From positions 1 to 32,262 of the forward strand of contig NIVC01001452.1 of assembly GCA_002269645.1 (NCBI GenBank): a DNA stretch of 32,262 nucleotides. Direction: 5' to 3'. The stretch's first letter is position 1, and every line of letters starts with the position of its first letter. Shown here in pieces: positions 31,545-32,262 of this stretch. A model generated the notes under the pieces. The model ran no database searches. It had not been told where the DNA came from and saw only the letters and a program-made list of their open reading frames with translations. A program made the position numbers and the translations under genes. Source of the stretch: Macrostomum lignano (lineage: Eukaryota).

Positions 31545-32262
<718 letters not shown>

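Overview
Intron-rich animal genomic DNA; the species cannot be determined from the window. Host genes reconstructed by hand from splice sites: a 5-exon CXorf65/C22orf15-family gene (+, 3001-4706), an 8-exon ZDHHC2/15/20-type palmitoyltransferase (-, 5569-10811) and an ERG-type KCNH potassium channel (+, 15365 to beyond the window end). Many of the longer introns carry their own micro- or minisatellite, and these explain most long ORFs in the track. The main feature lies in KCNH intron 3, inside a G-rich 45-bp satellite: a 10,516-bp Maverick/Polinton-type endogenous virus (19497-30012) with ~645-bp TIRs and a perfect 6-bp TSD (CACAAG). It encodes integrase+chromodomain, major and minor capsid proteins, an adenain protease, a packaging ATPase and core-like proteins, but no protein-primed DNA polymerase or other recognisable replicase. 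Its left arm carries a Fic protein, an SSB-like protein and a divergent TBP-like protein, and a TATAAATA-type box lies 39-57 nt upstream of most element genes. Also present are a minimal Penelope-type hammerhead ribozyme (1679-1720, -), a non-autonomous Harbinger with a Myb/SANT remnant (about 11992-12806) and a protamine-like ORF. All family assignments come from motif recognition by eye; no searches were run.
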